Assembly: GCA_041660025.1 (NCBI GenBank)
Contig: JBAZXD010000001.1
Location: 236,162-300,161, forward strand
Source of the DNA: Minisyncoccota bacterium
GTDB lineage: Bacteria > Patescibacteriota > Minisyncoccia > Phycocordibacterales > Phycocordibacteraceae
DNA length: 64,000 nt
Direction of reading: 5' to 3'
In this document: positions 48,583 to 58,555 of the stretch, in pieces
How positions within the stretch are numbered: position 1 is the first letter of the stretch
How the letters are laid out: the number at the start of each line of letters is the position of its first letter
Notes under the pieces: generated by a model
What the model was told of the DNA's origin: nothing
The model's input: the letters and a program-made list of their open reading frames with translations, nothing else
Database searches by the model: none
Position numbers and translations under genes: made by a program

Positions 48583-49448
48583 CGACCCTGCCGACCATCA
48601 TAAAGGCCGACGGGTCGAAAGAGACTTTCGACCCGTCGCGTCTTGCAATGTCGCTCCAGATGGCGGGAGCGGGCGAGCATACGGCACAGCGCATCGCCGA
48701 GACGATCACGGGCACCATCGTGCCCGGCGCTACCTCGAAGGAGATATATGCGCGCGCCTTCGCGCTCCTGCGGAGAGAAGCGCGTCCGCTCGCCGCCCGC
48801 TACGCGCTGCGGCGAGCGCTCTTCGAGCTCGGGCCGACGGGCCATCCGTTCGAAGATTTCATTTCGCATCTTTTCCGCGCTGAGGGCTGGCAGGTCGAGA
48901 CGCGGAAAATAATCCGCGGGAAATGCGTATCACACGAGGTCGATTTCTACGCATCGCATCCGGGAGAGAATACCTTCCTCGCCGCTGAGCTCAAATATCA
49001 CAACGATCCGGGATATAAGACCGACGTGAAGGTCGCCCTCTATGTGAAGAGCCGTTTCGACGATATCTTCGCATGCGATCCGAGAGCGCGCGCCTGCCCG
49101 ATCGACCGCGGCATCCTCGTTACCAATACCAAATTCACCTCCGATGCCATCGCGTATGCCGAGTGCGCCGGCGTCGAGCTTCTCGGCTGGAGCTATCCCG
49201 CAAACGACAGTCTCTTTATGCGTATGGGCCGTGCGAAGGTATATCCGGTCACCGCGCTTACCGGCCTTTCGCACGCCGAGAAACGACTCCTTATCGAACA
49301 CGGCGTCATCGCCGTCGACGAGATACTGAAGAACCGTAGTTCGCTCGATATCCTCCACCTCTCGAGCGAACGGGTCGGCGAGCTTCTCGCGGAGATCGAT
49401 GGCTTTCTTGCGCTCCCCTCGGCTCCGCATGATATTGTTCCCGTATGA
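48579..49448 (+). CDS. ATP-cone + Mrr-like PD-(D/E)xK restriction-endonuclease-fold protein
   Basis: IIKADGSKETFDPSRL (ATP cone); FEDFI...HEVD...AELK, LVTNTKFT..AI.YA. Confidence 0.85.
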   Translation: MTTLPTIIKADGSKETFDPSRLAMSLQMAGAGEHTAQRIAETITGTIVPGATSKEIYARAFALLRREARPLAARYALRRALFELGPTGHPFEDFISHLFRAEGWQVETRKIIRGKCVSHEVDFYASHPGENTFLAAELKYHNDPGYKTDVKVALYVKSRFDDIFACDPRARACPIDRGILVTNTKFTSDAIAYAECAGVELLGWSYPANDSLFMRMGRAKVYPVTALTGLSHAEKRLLIEHGVIAVDEILKNRSSLDILHLSSERVGELLAEIDGFLALPSAPHDIVPV

Positions 49449-49921
49449 CGCCGCGCTTCTCGACAAGTTCCTTTGTCGCCGGCCTTATGCTCGGCATCCT
49501 GCTTACGGGCGCCTGGTTCCTCGGCGACGCCACGCGCCTTGTCTCCTTCGCCCCCGCTCCGCTCGCCGGGACGACCGATGAGCTCCCGCTACCTGAGAGC
49601 GGCGCGGTCTCGGTGGCCGACCAACCCTCCGGCGACGACGTCGTTGTCGAATCGGTCACGGTGCCGCCGCCGGGCGCCTGGGTTGCCGTGCGCGAGACGA
49701 ACGGGCGCGACTTGGGGAACGTGCTCGGAGCGGCGCGCGTAGCCGGTCCGCACACCTCCGTCGTCGTCCAGCTCCTGCGCGCGACCGAGCCGGGACGCTC
49801 CTATGCGGTCCAGTTGTATCGCGACGATAACGGAGGCGCTTTTGACCCTTCGCGGAACAGCGTGTATGTCGACTTCGACACCGGTGCGCGCGTCGTCGCG
49901 TACTTTACGACCATTCCCTAA
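49445..49921 (+). CDS. membrane-anchored hypothetical protein
   Basis: N-terminal TM; VSVADQPSG..V.V..V....WVAV....GNVLGA; DDNGGAFD. Confidence 0.75.
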   Translation: MTPRFSTSSFVAGLMLGILLTGAWFLGDATRLVSFAPAPLAGTTDELPLPESGAVSVADQPSGDDVVVESVTVPPPGAWVAVRETNGRDLGNVLGAARVAGPHTSVVVQLLRATEPGRSYAVQLYRDDNGGAFDPSRNSVYVDFDTGARVVAYFTTIP

Positions 49922-49922
49922 T

Positions 49923-50717
49923 ATGGCAGGTGCTTTTAAATCGAAAAGATACAGCACATTTGACCCGACATCGCCGGAGCCGTTTAAGGTGAGCCGTTCG
50001 AAGATAGATCTCTTCAGCGAATGTCAGCGCTGTTCGTATCTCGACCTCAGACTTGGCGTGAAGCGCCCAAGCATGCCCGCGTTTACGCTCAACAACGCGG
50101 TCGACGAGCTTCTCAAGCGCGAGTTCGATATTCATCGCGCCAAAGGGAGTAAGCATCCGCTCGTGGAAAAGTATGGTCTCGACGCCGTTCCGCTTGTCGA
50201 CGAGCGGATGGAGGAGTGGCGCGACGCGCTTCGTCGCGGCATCGCGTACCTGCACGAGCCGACAAATATACTGGTGCGCGGCGGTATTGATGATGTATGG
50301 GTGAATCCTGCGGGAGAACTCATCATTGTCGATTACAAGGCGACGAGCAAGAAGATAGGCCCGAGTACAGAAGATGATCTGTACGATTCGTATAAGCGGC
50401 AACTTGAGATTTACCAGTGGCTGTTCCGCAAGAACGGTTTCGCCGTCTCGCCGACGGTCTATTTCGTATACGTGAACGGGAAGTCGGACGCGGAAGCCTT
50501 TGACGGGAAATTGGAGTTCGATATCGAACTCATTCCATATACCGGAAGCGACACCTGGGTCGAACCGGCCGTGTATGACCTGAAGAAAATGCTTATGAGC
50601 GATGAGATTCCGCCTATCGGGAAGGCATTTGGCGGCGGCCCATGCGAATACTGCACGTATCGAGATAATGCCGGGAAGATACTTCGCGAATTGCATACCA
50701 AGAACAAGAAGAAATAA
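49923..50717 (+). CDS. PD-(D/E)xK (RecB/Cas4-like) nuclease
   Basis: SRSKIDLF.ECQRC, GGIDD...IVDYK, QLEIY, CEYC. Confidence 0.88.
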   Translation: MAGAFKSKRYSTFDPTSPEPFKVSRSKIDLFSECQRCSYLDLRLGVKRPSMPAFTLNNAVDELLKREFDIHRAKGSKHPLVEKYGLDAVPLVDERMEEWRDALRRGIAYLHEPTNILVRGGIDDVWVNPAGELIIVDYKATSKKIGPSTEDDLYDSYKRQLEIYQWLFRKNGFAVSPTVYFVYVNGKSDAEAFDGKLEFDIELIPYTGSDTWVEPAVYDLKKMLMSDEIPPIGKAFGGGPCEYCTYRDNAGKILRELHTKNKKK

Positions 50718-50719
50718 CT

Positions 50720-50980
50720 ATGACCGAAAGTTCGTTCGCCAATCGTGTTCGAGACGCCGTGCGGCAGATTCCGAAAGGGGAGACGAAGAGTTATGGAGAA
50801 GTCGCGGCGGCTATCGGTTACCAGGGTGCCGCCCGCGCGGTCGGCACCGTGATGAAGAATAACTTCGACCCGACGGTGCCGTGCCACCGCGTCATCCGAG
50901 CCGACGGTACGCTCGGCGGCTACAATCGTGGCGGGGAACGCGAGAAGATGCGTTTGTTGGAGAAAGAAGGCGCATTATGA
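50720..50980 (+). CDS. MGMT/Ogt-family alkyltransferase (C-terminal domain only)
   Basis: IPKGETKSYGEVA...AARAVG...VPCHRVI...GGY. Confidence 0.92.
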   Translation: MTESSFANRVRDAVRQIPKGETKSYGEVAAAIGYQGAARAVGTVMKNNFDPTVPCHRVIRADGTLGGYNRGGEREKMRLLEKEGAL

Positions 50981-51645
50981 ACGTCAAGATAGATCCGTCG
51001 TGGGCGAAGCATCTCGCGGGCGAGTTTGAGAAATCGTACTTTGCAGAGCTCACGGCGTTTGTGAAGCAAGAATACAAAGACGGCGTTGTGTATCCGGCGC
51101 CGAAGAACATTTTCCGCGCATTCGACCTGTGTCCGTTCGACAAAGTAAAAGTTGTTATCCTCGGACAGGACCCCTACCACGGCGAGAAGCAGGCGAACGG
51201 GCTCGCCTTCGCTGTTGATGAAGAAACAAGAGTTCCGCCGTCGCTTCAAAATATTTTTAAAGAGATACAGAGCGATTTCGGCAAGCCGCTCGTACATACT
51301 GACGGTGACCTTACTCGCTGGGCGAAGCAGGGCGTACTGCTCTTGAATGCGACGCTCACCGTTCGCGCCCACACGGCGGGTTCTCATCAGGAAAAGGGGT
51401 GGGAGCAATTTACTGATGCCGTTATTCACACGCTCTCGCAAGAGCGTGCGGGTTTAGTATTTATGCTCTGGGGCAACTATGCGAAGGCGAAGGGTGCGCA
51501 CATCGACCGCAGTAAACATTTGGTACTCGAAGCCCCGCACCCGTCGCCTTTCTCTGCCGCCTCCGGCTTCTTCGGCTGTAAGCACTTTAGCCGTGCGAAC
51601 GAATATCTTTCCGCGCACAACGAAACTCCGATAGATTGGCTTTAA
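50977..51645 (+). CDS. ung: uracil-DNA glycosylase (family 1)
   Basis: VVILGQDPYH, PPSLQNI, QGVLLLN, HPSPFS. Confidence 0.97.
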   Translation: MNVKIDPSWAKHLAGEFEKSYFAELTAFVKQEYKDGVVYPAPKNIFRAFDLCPFDKVKVVILGQDPYHGEKQANGLAFAVDEETRVPPSLQNIFKEIQSDFGKPLVHTDGDLTRWAKQGVLLLNATLTVRAHTAGSHQEKGWEQFTDAVIHTLSQERAGLVFMLWGNYAKAKGAHIDRSKHLVLEAPHPSPFSAASGFFGCKHFSRANEYLSAHNETPIDWL

Positions 51646-52017
51646 TTATTTCTGCCAATACGTCTTGAAGTTGATGATCTCGGAGACCAGCGTTTCGGCG
51701 GACTCTCCCTTGTAGCAGATGGCGCGGTCATCGACGTAGACAAAGGCGATCGGCTTACCAGGATTCTCACCCTCTTTGTGTGGCTGGCGATTTATATGAT
51801 CAACGGGGATGGAGAACCGTTCGCAATACATCTTGATAAACTCATCGCCGCGCGTTGAATGGATAAGTATCTCGCACCCTTTTTCTTTAAGAGTATGGAT
51901 CGCTTTGACGACTTCGGTGTTCGGCTCTTGCACGTCGTCTTTGGCGATGAATCCGTTGTAGGTGGCGAGAACGCCGTCGAAGTCAAAGGCGATAATGCGC
52001 GGATGCGGAGTGTTCAT
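51646..52017 (-). CDS. small HAD-superfamily phosphatase-like protein
   Basis: IAFDFDGVL, IHSTR, GKP...YVDDRA. Confidence 0.85.
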   Translation of the reverse strand: MNTPHPRIIAFDFDGVLATYNGFIAKDDVQEPNTEVVKAIHTLKEKGCEILIHSTRGDEFIKMYCERFSIPVDHINRQPHKEGENPGKPIAFVYVDDRAICYKGESAETLVSEIINFKTYWQK

Positions 52018-52030
52018 ATGATTCAAGATA

Positions 52031-53998
52031 TCACCAAATCTTCGCGCGCTCGGAGGGAGCGCGATAGAGCGCATCGCCCTTTTGTACGCCGAAGGCTTCG
52101 TAGAATTCAGGGAGGTTCGATGCCGGCCCGTTTATGCGGAACTGGCCGGGGGAGTGCGGGTCGGTGAGTACCTGGGTCTTCTCCGCCTCCGGGCGGCGCA
52201 GTTCGCGCTCGAAGAGTGCGAAACTGAGGAAGAACCGCTGTTCGGGAGTGAAGCCGCCGATATCCTTGCGTCCGGTCCTCGCGAGGCGGAGCCGGTATGC
52301 GTCAAAGGCGATGGAGATGCCGCCGAGGTCGGCGATATTCTCGCCGAGTGTCAATTGTCCGTTCACCGCGAGCCCGCCCGCGACTTTATAGGTATTAAAT
52401 TCTTTGACGAGTACCTTCGCCTTCTTGTCGAAGCGGGCGCGGTCAGTCTTTGTCCACCACGTTTTTCTGTTCCCTTTACCGTCGAACTTCGACCCCTGAT
52501 CGTCGAAGCTGTGTGTTATCTCGTGGCCGATGACCGCGCCGATACTGCCGTAATTGACCGCATCGTCCGCGTGTACCGAGAAGAACGGCGGCTGGAGAAT
52601 AGCGGCGGGGAAGACGATATCGTTGAGGCCGAAACTACAGTACGCATTCACCGTCTGTGGCGTCATAAACCACTCCTTGCGGTCGACGGGCTTCTTCAAG
52701 CGGCGGAGCACGCGCGCGTGCTCGAAGAGCGTCGCGCGGACTGCATTTCCGAAATAGTCATCGGGTCTAATTATGAGCGTACGATAGCTACGCCACTTGT
52801 CCGGATACCCGAGCTTACGGGTCACCTGATGGAGCTTCTGCACCGCCTTCTTCTTCGTCGCGACGCTCATCCAATCGAGGTTCTTGATGCGCGCTTCGTA
52901 TGCCTCGAAGAGGTCGGCGACGACTCCCACTATCCTCTTCTTCGCCTCGGGGCCGAAATATTCCTGCACATAGAGCTTGCCGAGGACCTCGCCGAGATTG
53001 CCGTTCACGGCGCGGAGCGCGCGCCGCCAGAGAGGCTTCATTACCTTCACGCCCGAGAGCACCGTACCGTAAAAGGCGAAATTCTGTTTCTCGAACTTGG
53101 CGGAGAGATAGCTCGCCGAGCCGCCGACCAAATGCCAAGTGAGATATGTTTTCCAATCCTCTATGGATTCTTTCGCGAGCATCTCGCTTATCGCTTTGAG
53201 GAATTTCGGTTGCATCACGATAACCTCGCGCGGCCTCCCGGCCCCGATGATTTTGAAATACGAATGCCAATCGATACCGCGTGTGAGGCGAGAGAGCGCA
53301 GGGAGATTCATCTTGTGATACGTCTTATCCACGTCGCGCAGGTCCTCTTTCGTCATCGAGACCTTCGCGATAGCAGTCTCGATGCACATAATCGTCTCGC
53401 GATTGCGTTTCGCTTCGGCTGTATCCGCACCCATAAGTGCGAACATCGCTTCGAGATGCTTCTGGTAGGCGGCGCGCACCCGCATCGACTCGGCGTCGCT
53501 CTTCAGATAGTAGTCGCGGTCGGGCATTCCGAGGCCGCTCTGGTGGATATAAATGAGGTACTTTTCGCTATCCTGCATATCCTGGTCAACCATAAGTCCC
53601 CAGGGGCCGCCACCGCCGATCTTCTCGAGGTGAGCGAAGGTTGATACGAGCGACGGGACATCTCGTATCTTCTCTATGCGCCCAAGCCACGGCCGAAGCG
53701 GAGAGAGACCGAGCGCATTGCGCTTCTGCATATCCAAACCGGAGCGATAAAGATCGCGCACCATCTGTTCGGGACTGCCGGCCGCAAGGTGCTTCATATT
53801 CCGTACCTTGGTGACAAGAGCACGGAGCTTCTTCTCGGTGTCATAGCGGAGCATCAGGAAGGAGCCCCAGCTCGCCTCGTGGGGCGGGATTTTATTCCTC
53901 TTTAGCCACCCGCCGTTCGCGTAGCGGTAGAAATCGTCCTGCGGCCGCACCTTCGTATCGATGTCCCGCGTATCGAATCCCCAGCCTCGTTTCTGCAT
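52031..53998 (-). CDS. M13-family (PepO/neprilysin) metallopeptidase
   Basis: PQDDFYRYANG, VNAY, GHEITHSFDD, GENIADLGG, DPHSP. Confidence 0.96.
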   Translation of the reverse strand: MQKRGWGFDTRDIDTKVRPQDDFYRYANGGWLKRNKIPPHEASWGSFLMLRYDTEKKLRALVTKVRNMKHLAAGSPEQMVRDLYRSGLDMQKRNALGLSPLRPWLGRIEKIRDVPSLVSTFAHLEKIGGGGPWGLMVDQDMQDSEKYLIYIHQSGLGMPDRDYYLKSDAESMRVRAAYQKHLEAMFALMGADTAEAKRNRETIMCIETAIAKVSMTKEDLRDVDKTYHKMNLPALSRLTRGIDWHSYFKIIGAGRPREVIVMQPKFLKAISEMLAKESIEDWKTYLTWHLVGGSASYLSAKFEKQNFAFYGTVLSGVKVMKPLWRRALRAVNGNLGEVLGKLYVQEYFGPEAKKRIVGVVADLFEAYEARIKNLDWMSVATKKKAVQKLHQVTRKLGYPDKWRSYRTLIIRPDDYFGNAVRATLFEHARVLRRLKKPVDRKEWFMTPQTVNAYCSFGLNDIVFPAAILQPPFFSVHADDAVNYGSIGAVIGHEITHSFDDQGSKFDGKGNRKTWWTKTDRARFDKKAKVLVKEFNTYKVAGGLAVNGQLTLGENIADLGGISIAFDAYRLRLARTGRKDIGGFTPEQRFFLSFALFERELRRPEAEKTQVLTDPHSPGQFRINGPASNLPEFYEAFGVQKGDALYRAPSERAKIW

Positions 53999-54045
53999 AG
54001 CCGCATAGTATATGAATCCTCCGTCTCGTGCTATCTTTTTCCAGT

Positions 54046-55914
54046 ATGACGGTCAATGAAGTACGTAGTCGCTATTTAGCTTTCTTCAAGGCGCGCGGGC
54101 ACGCGATAATTCCCTCGGCGCCGATTGTGCCCGAGAATGACCCAACCACGCTTTTCACCAGTAGCGGGATGCAGCCCCTGGTCCCGTACCTGCTGGGTGA
54201 GCCTCACCCGGAGGGCACGCGCCTCGCCGACTCCCAATTATCGTTTCGTGCGGGAGATATCGAGGAGGTGGGCGATAATCGCCACACGACCTTCTTCGAG
54301 ATGCTCGGCAACTGGTCTCTGGGCGATTACTTCAAGAAAGAACAGCTCCCGTGGATATTTGAATTTCTTACGAACAAAGAAGAAGGTCTTGGTTTTGATC
54401 CGCAAAAATTCTATGTAACCGTCTTCGACGGAGACGCCGATGTGGGCGTGGATCTCGATACAGAATCCGTCGAAATCTGGAAAACGATCTTTGCGGAGAA
54501 GGGAATCACTGACGAACTGGTGCGCGTAGGTACCGAGGAAGCCGGTTATGAGAGAGGTATGCAGGGCGGACGCATCTTCTCGTATGGCGACAAGAATTGG
54601 TGGAGTCGTGCCGGCGCACCTTCGAAAATGCCGACGGGAGAGATAGGAGGACCGGACTCCGAGATCTTCTACGACTTCGGCACTCCGCACGACCCGAAAT
54701 GGGGCAAGGAATGTCATCCGAACTGCGACTGCGGTCGCTTCGTCGAGATATGCAATTCAGTCTTTATGCAGTTTATGAAGAATGCCGACGGGAGCTTCTC
54801 TGAATTGCCGAAACGAAATGTCGATTTCGGCGGAGGACTCGAACGCTTCGCCGCGACGACGCTCCCGAGCGCGGATGTCTTTGATATAGACGTGTTCAAA
54901 GCGCCGCGACAGGCGCTTGAAAGGAATTCCGGAAAGAAATACGGGGACGGAGGCGCAACGCGCTCGTTCCGGATCATTCTCGACCACGTTCGCGCCGCCA
55001 TATTCATCCTTGCTTCCGGCATCCGACCGTCGAACACAGAGCAAGGGTATGTGCTCCGTCGCCTTATCCGCCGCGCGATTCGAGAAGTCGACAATCTAGG
55101 CATCAAGGAAGCCATCTTACCGGAAGTGGCAAGCAGTTTCGCGGACGCGTACGCGGATCACTATCCGTTCGTGAAAGAAGCTGCGACAAAGATCCGCGAA
55201 GAACTCGAGAAAGAGGAAACGCAATTCAGGAAAACGCTCACGCACGGCATGCGCGAGCTTGAAAAGATGGGAAGCGGCATTGATGCCTTTATGCTTTTTA
55301 CGACTTACGGATTCCCGGTGGAACTCACCGAAGAAATTGCGAAAGAGCGCGGCATCGCGCTCGATATGGACGCAGTAAAGGCGAAAATGGGGGAGCATCA
55401 GGCGCTCTCGCGTGCGGGCGCGGCGCAGAAGTTCGCGGGCGGGCTCGCCGACCACGCGGAGCAGACGGTCCGCTACCACACCGCGCACCACCTCCTTCTC
55501 AAGGCGCTCCAGATGGTGCTCGGCCCCGATGTCCACCAGCGCGGGAGCAACATTACGAGCGAACGCTTGCGCATCGACTTCAGCTACGGACAGAAAATGA
55601 CGCCTGAGCAGAAAGCGGAAGTGGAGAAAATCGTAAACGAGAAAATCGCGGAAGCCATTCCGGTTATCCGCACCGATATGAAGAAAGGAGAAGCAGAAAA
55701 GCTCGGTGCGGAACACGAGTTCGGTGCGACGTACCCGGATATGGTCTCGGTCTATTCGGTGGGCCCCTTAGGTGGCGCGTTTTCCATAGAATTCTGCGGC
55801 GGACCGCACGTGAGCAATACGAGCGAGCTTGGAGCGGGTGGTAAGCATTTCAAGATACAAAAAGAAGAGGCGTCATCCGCGGGCATTCGCCGCATCAAGG
55901 CGGTGTTAGAATAG
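54046..55914 (+). CDS. alaS: alanine--tRNA ligase (compact, no C-Ala domain)
   Basis: DPTTLFTSSGMQ, HTTFFEMLGNWS, FTTYGFP, editing-domain HTAHHLL and EFCGGPHV, GIRRIKA at the terminus. Confidence 0.97.
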   Translation: MTVNEVRSRYLAFFKARGHAIIPSAPIVPENDPTTLFTSSGMQPLVPYLLGEPHPEGTRLADSQLSFRAGDIEEVGDNRHTTFFEMLGNWSLGDYFKKEQLPWIFEFLTNKEEGLGFDPQKFYVTVFDGDADVGVDLDTESVEIWKTIFAEKGITDELVRVGTEEAGYERGMQGGRIFSYGDKNWWSRAGAPSKMPTGEIGGPDSEIFYDFGTPHDPKWGKECHPNCDCGRFVEICNSVFMQFMKNADGSFSELPKRNVDFGGGLERFAATTLPSADVFDIDVFKAPRQALERNSGKKYGDGGATRSFRIILDHVRAAIFILASGIRPSNTEQGYVLRRLIRRAIREVDNLGIKEAILPEVASSFADAYADHYPFVKEAATKIREELEKEETQFRKTLTHGMRELEKMGSGIDAFMLFTTYGFPVELTEEIAKERGIALDMDAVKAKMGEHQALSRAGAAQKFAGGLADHAEQTVRYHTAHHLLLKALQMVLGPDVHQRGSNITSERLRIDFSYGQKMTPEQKAEVEKIVNEKIAEAIPVIRTDMKKGEAEKLGAEHEFGATYPDMVSVYSVGPLGGAFSIEFCGGPHVSNTSELGAGGKHFKIQKEEASSAGIRRIKAVLE

Positions 55915-55918
55915 GCGG

Positions 55919-56959
55919 ATGAGTTTCTTCGGGGATTTTTTTCGTACACAACGGACAGAATCGGTCGCGCTGATCGATATCGGCGCCGCTTCGGTCGCGG
56001 GCGCCTATGTGCAGTACGCTCCCGATACGCAGCCCGTCCTGCTCTACACGCGCCGCTTGCCGATCGAGCGACGAGACCGAGAGACGCACGAGCGCGCTAT
56101 GTTCCGCGCGCTCGAGGTGCTCGGTGCCGCTCTTATCCGCGAGGGAGCGCCGGCGCTCCTGCGCGCCACCGGCAGCGGAAGTATCAATGCCGTGCTCGTA
56201 TCGGTGGACGCGCCGTGGCAAAAGACGTCGATACGGACGGAATATTTCGAACGGAAAACGCCGTTCACCTTCAGTAAGAAACTGGTCTCTGCGGCGCTTG
56301 AGAAGACGAGTGCGGCGGCGCCCGGGGAGCTCCTCGTCGATGAGAGCATCATCGGCACTATCCTCAATGGCTACGAGACCCGCGACCCGTACGGGAAGGA
56401 GGTGCATCGCGCCTCCGTCGTCATCCTGACATCGCGGATTGACGAGCATGTTGCGGGCGGCATCACCTCGCTTATGCGAAGCCTGTATCACACCAAGCAT
56501 ATCCTCTCTATTGCCGGCAGCTCACTACGCTATCAGGCAATGCGTATTGCATTCCCGCACGAGCGCGAGGCGCTCATTCTCGACGCGACCGGACCGCTCA
56601 CCTCTCTCGCGCTCGTGCGCAGAGACCTCCTTGTCGATGTGGTCAATGTCAGGAGTCATACGAACGGCACCCATGCGTGGCTGAAGGAGGTCTTGGACGA
56701 GCTGGCGGAGCTGGCGGAGAAGTTCCCGCTCCCGCGCACCATATTCCTTCTCGCGCCCGCATCAGAGATCGAATCTCTGCGGAAGATGCTCGACACGACG
56801 GATCTGGGGAAGCTCTGGCTTTCGGACAACCCCCCGAAGATAGTCTCTGTTATGGGGAGCCACCTCAGCGGCCTGGTGCGGCAGGCGACTACCGCCTCTC
56901 CCGACCTCTCACTCCTCCTTATGGCGCTGTACTTCCGGCACCGTAATCCCGAAGGGTAG
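55919..56959 (+). CDS. hypothetical protein with an FtsA/PilM-like N-terminal motif
   Basis: ALIDIGAASVAGA resembles the actin-fold phosphate-1 motif; LNGY..DP.GK; LILDATG. Confidence 0.75.
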   Translation: MSFFGDFFRTQRTESVALIDIGAASVAGAYVQYAPDTQPVLLYTRRLPIERRDRETHERAMFRALEVLGAALIREGAPALLRATGSGSINAVLVSVDAPWQKTSIRTEYFERKTPFTFSKKLVSAALEKTSAAAPGELLVDESIIGTILNGYETRDPYGKEVHRASVVILTSRIDEHVAGGITSLMRSLYHTKHILSIAGSSLRYQAMRIAFPHEREALILDATGPLTSLALVRRDLLVDVVNVRSHTNGTHAWLKEVLDELAELAEKFPLPRTIFLLAPASEIESLRKMLDTTDLGKLWLSDNPPKIVSVMGSHLSGLVRQATTASPDLSLLLMALYFRHRNPEG

Positions 56960-57016
56960 CCCCGGAGGGGACAACTATTTCCAAACTTGCAATACGAGGT
57001 GCTATACTCTCCGCAT

Positions 57017-58231
57017 ATGCGCACACTTGATGACATCATTCCGCCGTCCCGCCGTAAAGAAACAGAGTCTCTGAGCCGTCCCGCCGGCCGCGGGCCGCTC
57101 CATTCTCCCGATCGCCCGTCGAAGTTCCCCTACGCGACGCTCGGCGCCATCGTGCTCGTCATCGCGGTCTCGGTCGGCGCGCTCTTCTACTTCTCGACGG
57201 CCTCGGTCGAAGTAACACCGAACACGGTTTCCGCCGCAGTGCAGAGTTCCTTCACCGCGAACCAGAGTACGGGTGCGTTGCCGTATGAGATAGTCGTTTC
57301 GGAGAAGATTGCGTCCCAGAGCGTGAAGAGCAGCGGCACGAAGACCGTGAATTCTTCCGCCTCGGGGACGCTTACCATCTACAACACCCAATCGAAGTCG
57401 CAGACGCTTATCGCGAACACTCGTTTCGCGACCACCGCCGGGCTCATCTTCCGCATCCGCACCGCGGTGACCGTCCCTTCCGGCAGTACCGCGAAGCCCG
57501 GCAGTCTGACCGTGAAGGTCTACGCCGACAAGGCGGGTGAGGCGTACAACGTCGGCCCGACCTCCTTTACCATCCCGGGATTCGCGGGGACGCCGCAGGC
57601 CAGCCAGGTATACGCGCGCTCGACGAGCGCGATGACCGGCGGCGCCTCGGGCAGTGTGCCGATCGTAGACGCCGCGGTCGAGACCGCGGCCCGTACCGCC
57701 CTGAAAAAGGCTCTCGCCCCCGACCTCGCGACCAGCCTTGAGGCGCAGGTCCCTGCCGGATACATCCTCTTGCCGGGCGCCGCGGTAACAACGTTCCAGG
57801 AACTCACCTCCGCTCCGTCTTCGACGACCGGACAGGTCGAGGTGAAGGAACAGGGGACTATCACGGCTGTCGTCTTCCCGAACGCGGCGCTCGCCAAGGC
57901 GATCGCGACCTCGGTCGGCGGACTCGGATACCAGGGCGAGCCGCTTACCCTCGCCTCCGCCGCCGAATTGAAGCTCTCGGCGACGAGCGGCCTGCCCGAG
58001 CCGGACGCGGCATCATTCTCCTTTACGCTCAGCGGCACTGCGCCGCTTATCTACACCGTCGATCCGACCCGCATTGCCGCGGCGGTGAGCGGGAAAACGC
58101 GTTCGGCGGCTGAAGTCGCCCTCACGAATTACCCGGAGGTCAAGCGCGCCGTCATCATCCTGCGGCCGTTCTGGCGACAAATGTTCCCCCAGGACCCAGC
58201 TTCTATCGACGTCATCGTGGCGAATCAATAG
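57017..58231 (+). CDS. membrane-anchored protein with a baseplate-J-like beta domain
   Basis: TM ~residues 38-60; ASGTLTIYN, TRF.T..GLIFR..V.VP, VYADKAGEAYNVGP, MTGG. Confidence 0.8.
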   Translation: MRTLDDIIPPSRRKETESLSRPAGRGPLHSPDRPSKFPYATLGAIVLVIAVSVGALFYFSTASVEVTPNTVSAAVQSSFTANQSTGALPYEIVVSEKIASQSVKSSGTKTVNSSASGTLTIYNTQSKSQTLIANTRFATTAGLIFRIRTAVTVPSGSTAKPGSLTVKVYADKAGEAYNVGPTSFTIPGFAGTPQASQVYARSTSAMTGGASGSVPIVDAAVETAARTALKKALAPDLATSLEAQVPAGYILLPGAAVTTFQELTSAPSSTTGQVEVKEQGTITAVVFPNAALAKAIATSVGGLGYQGEPLTLASAAELKLSATSGLPEPDAASFSFTLSGTAPLIYTVDPTRIAAAVSGKTRSAAEVALTNYPEVKRAVIILRPFWRQMFPQDPASIDVIVANQ

Positions 58232-58296
58232 TACGGTTGACGGCTTTCGGTATACCTGCTACATTTACCAAGTACTGCATGGGTAACGCACGATAA

Positions 58297-58536
58297 ATGA
58301 GCGAAGGCGAAGAGATAAAATCGACGGTGACAGGAACCGTTGAAGAAGTATTGCCTAACTCGCTTTTCCGCGTTCGCCTCCCGGCCGCCCCGGAAGGAGG
58401 GGAGGGGGAGCTGAAGCTTGCCTACCTTGCAGGGAAAATGCGTTTGCATCGTATCCGCGTCCTGATGGGCGACCAGGTGGAGATGGTGCTCGACCCCTAC
58501 GGGGGCCGCGCGAGGATTGTGCGCCGATTAACCTAA
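58297..58536 (+). CDS. infA: translation initiation factor IF-1
   Basis: [14 protein letters not shown]...[20 protein letters not shown]. Confidence 0.96.
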   Translation: MSEGEEIKSTVTGTVEEVLPNSLFRVRLPAAPEGGEGELKLAYLAGKMRLHRIRVLMGDQVEMVLDPYGGRARIVRRLT

Positions 58537-58555
58537 CCTTAAAGAGATTTTCAAA

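Noticed and set aside
49923-50717. Cas4 as evidence of a CRISPR-Cas system
   Set aside because: Solo PD-(D/E)xK nuclease in a repair-gene context; no array or other cas genes.
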